Positions 38,201 to 41,133 of a stretch of DNA of 41,133 bases are shown here, in pieces. Made by a program: the position numbers and the translations under genes. Source of the stretch: Utricularia gibba (Eukaryota; Plantae; Magnoliophyta); contig NEEC01000055.1 of assembly GCA_002189035.1 (NCBI GenBank), positions 1 to 41,133 of the forward strand, written 5' to 3'. The notes under the pieces are model-generated. The model saw only the letters and a program-made list of their open reading frames with translations. It searched no databases and was not told the origin of the DNA. How positions within the stretch are numbered: the stretch's first letter is position 1; each line of letters begins with the position of its first letter.

Positions 38201-41133
38201 CATCGTCCATGAAATACATATGTCTTGCATGTCAAAAATCACATTCGCATCGAGTCAGGTGTCCCGAGTCACATTTTCGCGAACGTGGTGGCCACTTCGT
38301 TGCACATCTGAAGGCTAAATAAAGGCAATCTTTCGAGCATTTGTGCCTCCTCGGACGAACAAGTTCTCAACACGAAAGAAGACCGGCTCGGAACGAGCTT
38401 CGAAACGGTATGATATGTGCAACATGACTCATCACCGTTTGCAAGATATCCACTCGATACCGAAGAGTGCACGAGGCCACCATGAGGTTGTGGCTAGGGA
38501 CACACCCATGGCATCTTAAATGATCATCTCGAAATCCAAAATTTCACATCGTCCATGAAATACATATGTCTTGCATGTCAAAATCACATTCGCATCGAGT
38601 CAGGTGTCCCGAGTCACATTTTCGCGAACGTGGTGGCCACTTCGTTGCACATCTGAAGGCTAATATAAGGCAATCTTTCGAGCATTTGTGCCTCCTCGGA
38701 CGAACAAGTTCTCAACACGAAAGAAGACCGGCTCGGAACGAGCTTCGAAACGGTATGATATGTGCAACATGACTCATCACCTTTGCAAGATATCCACTCG
38801 ATACCGAAGAGTGCACGAGGCCACCATGAGGTTGTGCTAGGGACACACCGGCATCTTAAATGATCATCTCGAAATCCAAATTTCACATCGTCCATGAAAT
38901 ACATATGTTTTTGCATGTCAAAAATCACATTCGCATCGAGTCAGGTGTCCCGAGTCACATTTTCGCGAACGTGGTGGCCACTTCGTTGCACATCTGAAGG
39001 CTAATATAAGGCAATCTTTCGAGCATTTGTGCCTCCTCGGACGAACAAGTTCTCAACACGAAAAAAGACCGGCTCGGAACGAGCTTCGAAACGGTATGCT
39101 ATGTGCAACATGACTCATCACCATTTGCAAGATATCCACTCGATACCGAAGAGTGCACGAGGCCACCATGAGGTTGTGGCTAGGGACACACCATGGCATC
39201 TTAAATGATCATCTCGAAATCCGAAATTTCACATCGTCCATGAAATACATATGTCTTTGCATGTCAAAAATCACATTCGCATCGAGTCAGGTGTCCCGAG
39301 TCACATTTTCGCGAACGTGGTGGCCACTTCGTTGCACATCTGAAGGCTAATATAAGGCAATCTTTCGAGCATTTGTGCCTCCTCGGACGAACAAGTTCTC
39401 AACACGAAAGAAGACCGGCTCGGAACGAGCTTCGAAACGGTATGATATGTGCAACATGACTCATCACCGTTTGCAAGATATCCACTCGATACCGAAGAGT
39501 GCACGAGGCCACCATGAGGTTGTGGCTAGGGACACACCCATCTTAAATGATCATCTCGAAATCCAAATTTCACATCGTCCATGAAATACATATGTTTGCA
39601 TGTCAAAAATCACATTCGCATCGAGTCAGGTGTCCCGAGTCACATTTTCGCGAACGTGGTGGCCACTTCGTTGCACATCTGAAGGCTAATATAAGGCAAT
39701 CTTTCGAGCATTTGTGCCTCCTCGGACGAACAAGTTCTCAACAAAGAAGACCGGCTCGGAACGAGCTTCGAAACGGTATGCTATGTGCAACATGACTCAT
39801 CACCGTTTGCAAGATATCCACTCGATACCGAAGAGTGCACGAGGCCACCATGAGGTTGTGGCTAGGGACACACCCATGGCATCTTAAATGATCATCTCGA
39901 AATCCAAATTTCACATCGTCCATGAAATACATATGTTTTGCATGTCAAAAATCACATTCGCATCGAGTCAGGTGTCCCGAGTCACATTTTCGCGAACGTG
40001 GTGGCCACTTCGTTGCACATCTGAAGGCTAATATAAGGCAATCTTTCGAGCATTTGTGCCTCTCGGACGAACAAGTTCTCAACACGAAAGAAGACCGGCT
40101 CGGAACGAGCTTCGAAACGGTATGATATGTGCAACATGACTCATCACCGTTTGCAAGATATCCACTCGATACCGAAGAGTGCACGAGGCCACCATGAGGT
40201 TGTGGCTAGGGACACACACCCCATCCATCTCGAAATCCGAAAATTTCACATCGTCCATGAAATACATATGTTTGCATGTCAAAATCACATTCGCATCGAG
40301 TCAGGTGTCCCGAGTCACATTTTCGCGAACGTGGTGGCCACTTCGTTGCACATCTGAAGGCTAATATAAGGCAATCTTTCGAGCATTTGTGCCTCCTCGG
40401 ACGAACAAGTTCTCAACACGAAAGAAGACCGGCTCGGAACGAGCTTCGAAACGGTATGATATGTGCAACATGACTCATCACCGTTTGCAAGATATCCACT
40501 CGATACCGAAGTGCACGAGGCCACCATGAGGTTGTGGCTAGGACACACCCATGGCATCTTAAATGATCATCTCGAAATCCGAAATTTCACATCGTCCATG
40601 AAATACATATGTCTTGCATGTCAAAAATCACATTCGCATCGAGTCAGGTGTCCCGAGTCACATTTTCGCGAACGTGGTGGCCACTTCGTTGCACATCTGA
40701 AGGCTAATATAAGGCAATCTTTCGAGCATTTGTGCCCTCGGACGAACAAGTTCTCAACACGAAAAAAAGACCGGCTCGGAACGAGCTTCGAAACGGTATG
40801 CTATGTGCAACATGACTCATCACCATTTGCAAGATATCCACTCGATACCGAAGAGTGCACGAGGCCACCATGAGGTTGTGGCTAGGGACACACCCATGGC
40901 ATCTTAAATCATCTCGAAATCCGAAATTTCACATCGTCCATGAAATACATATGTTTTGCATGTCAAAAATCACATTCGCATCGAGTCAGGTGTCCCGAGT
41001 CACATTTTCGCGAACGTGGTGGCCACTTCGTTGCACATCTGAAGGCTAATATAAGGCAATCTTTCGAGCATTTGTGCCTCCTCGGACGAACAAGTTCTCA
41101 ACACGAAAGAAGACTGGCTCGGAACGAGCTTCG
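32300..41133 (+). repeat. Right domain: about 25-26 highly homogeneous full-length monomers
   Basis: Spacing is regular, mostly about 335-350 bp. CCTCCTCGG is nearly fixed and GAACGTGG is fixed. Segregating variants are TATGCTATG/TATGATATG, CACCATTTG/CACCGTTTG and ATGTTTTGC/ATGTCTTGC. Confidence 0.9.

Larger units (their letters stand above)
1..41133 (+). repeat. Tandem satellite DNA array, ~343-bp monomer, head-to-tail, running off both window ends
   Basis: The motif GGCTCGGAACGAGCTTCGAAACGG starts at 1, 344, 690, 1038, 1381, 1719, 2064, 2402, 2746 and 3086 (spacing 338-348), and at 34606, 34949, 35294 and 35640 (spacing 343-346). The same peptide fragments recur throughout the ORF track. 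No reverse-complement copies were seen. Confidence 0.99.

Overview
The whole 41,133-bp window is one head-to-tail tandem satellite array with a monomer of about 343 bp (about 120 monomer-lengths), and I saw no inverted copies. I found no supportable protein-coding gene, RNA gene, transposon, CRISPR array or telomere tract; every listed ORF is a re-reading of the monomer. The array has three parts: a fairly intact left domain (1 to ~5.9 kb) with its own SNP variants, a patchy then heavily deleted and reshuffled middle (~5.9-32.3 kb), and a homogeneous right domain (~32.3-41.1 kb) with a 2-monomer higher-order signal. The monomer looks like an old dimer of ~155 + ~188 bp subunits. It shares collinear motifs with my recollection of the maize knob 180-bp repeat, which suggests a grass (Poaceae) heterochromatic or subtelomeric satellite, but this assignment is from memory and unverified. 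The scrambled middle may be partly or wholly a long-read consensus or polishing artefact, although several identical deletions and junctions recur at distant sites. I do not see evidence for a new gene-encoded system. The points of interest are satellite architecture and evolution.
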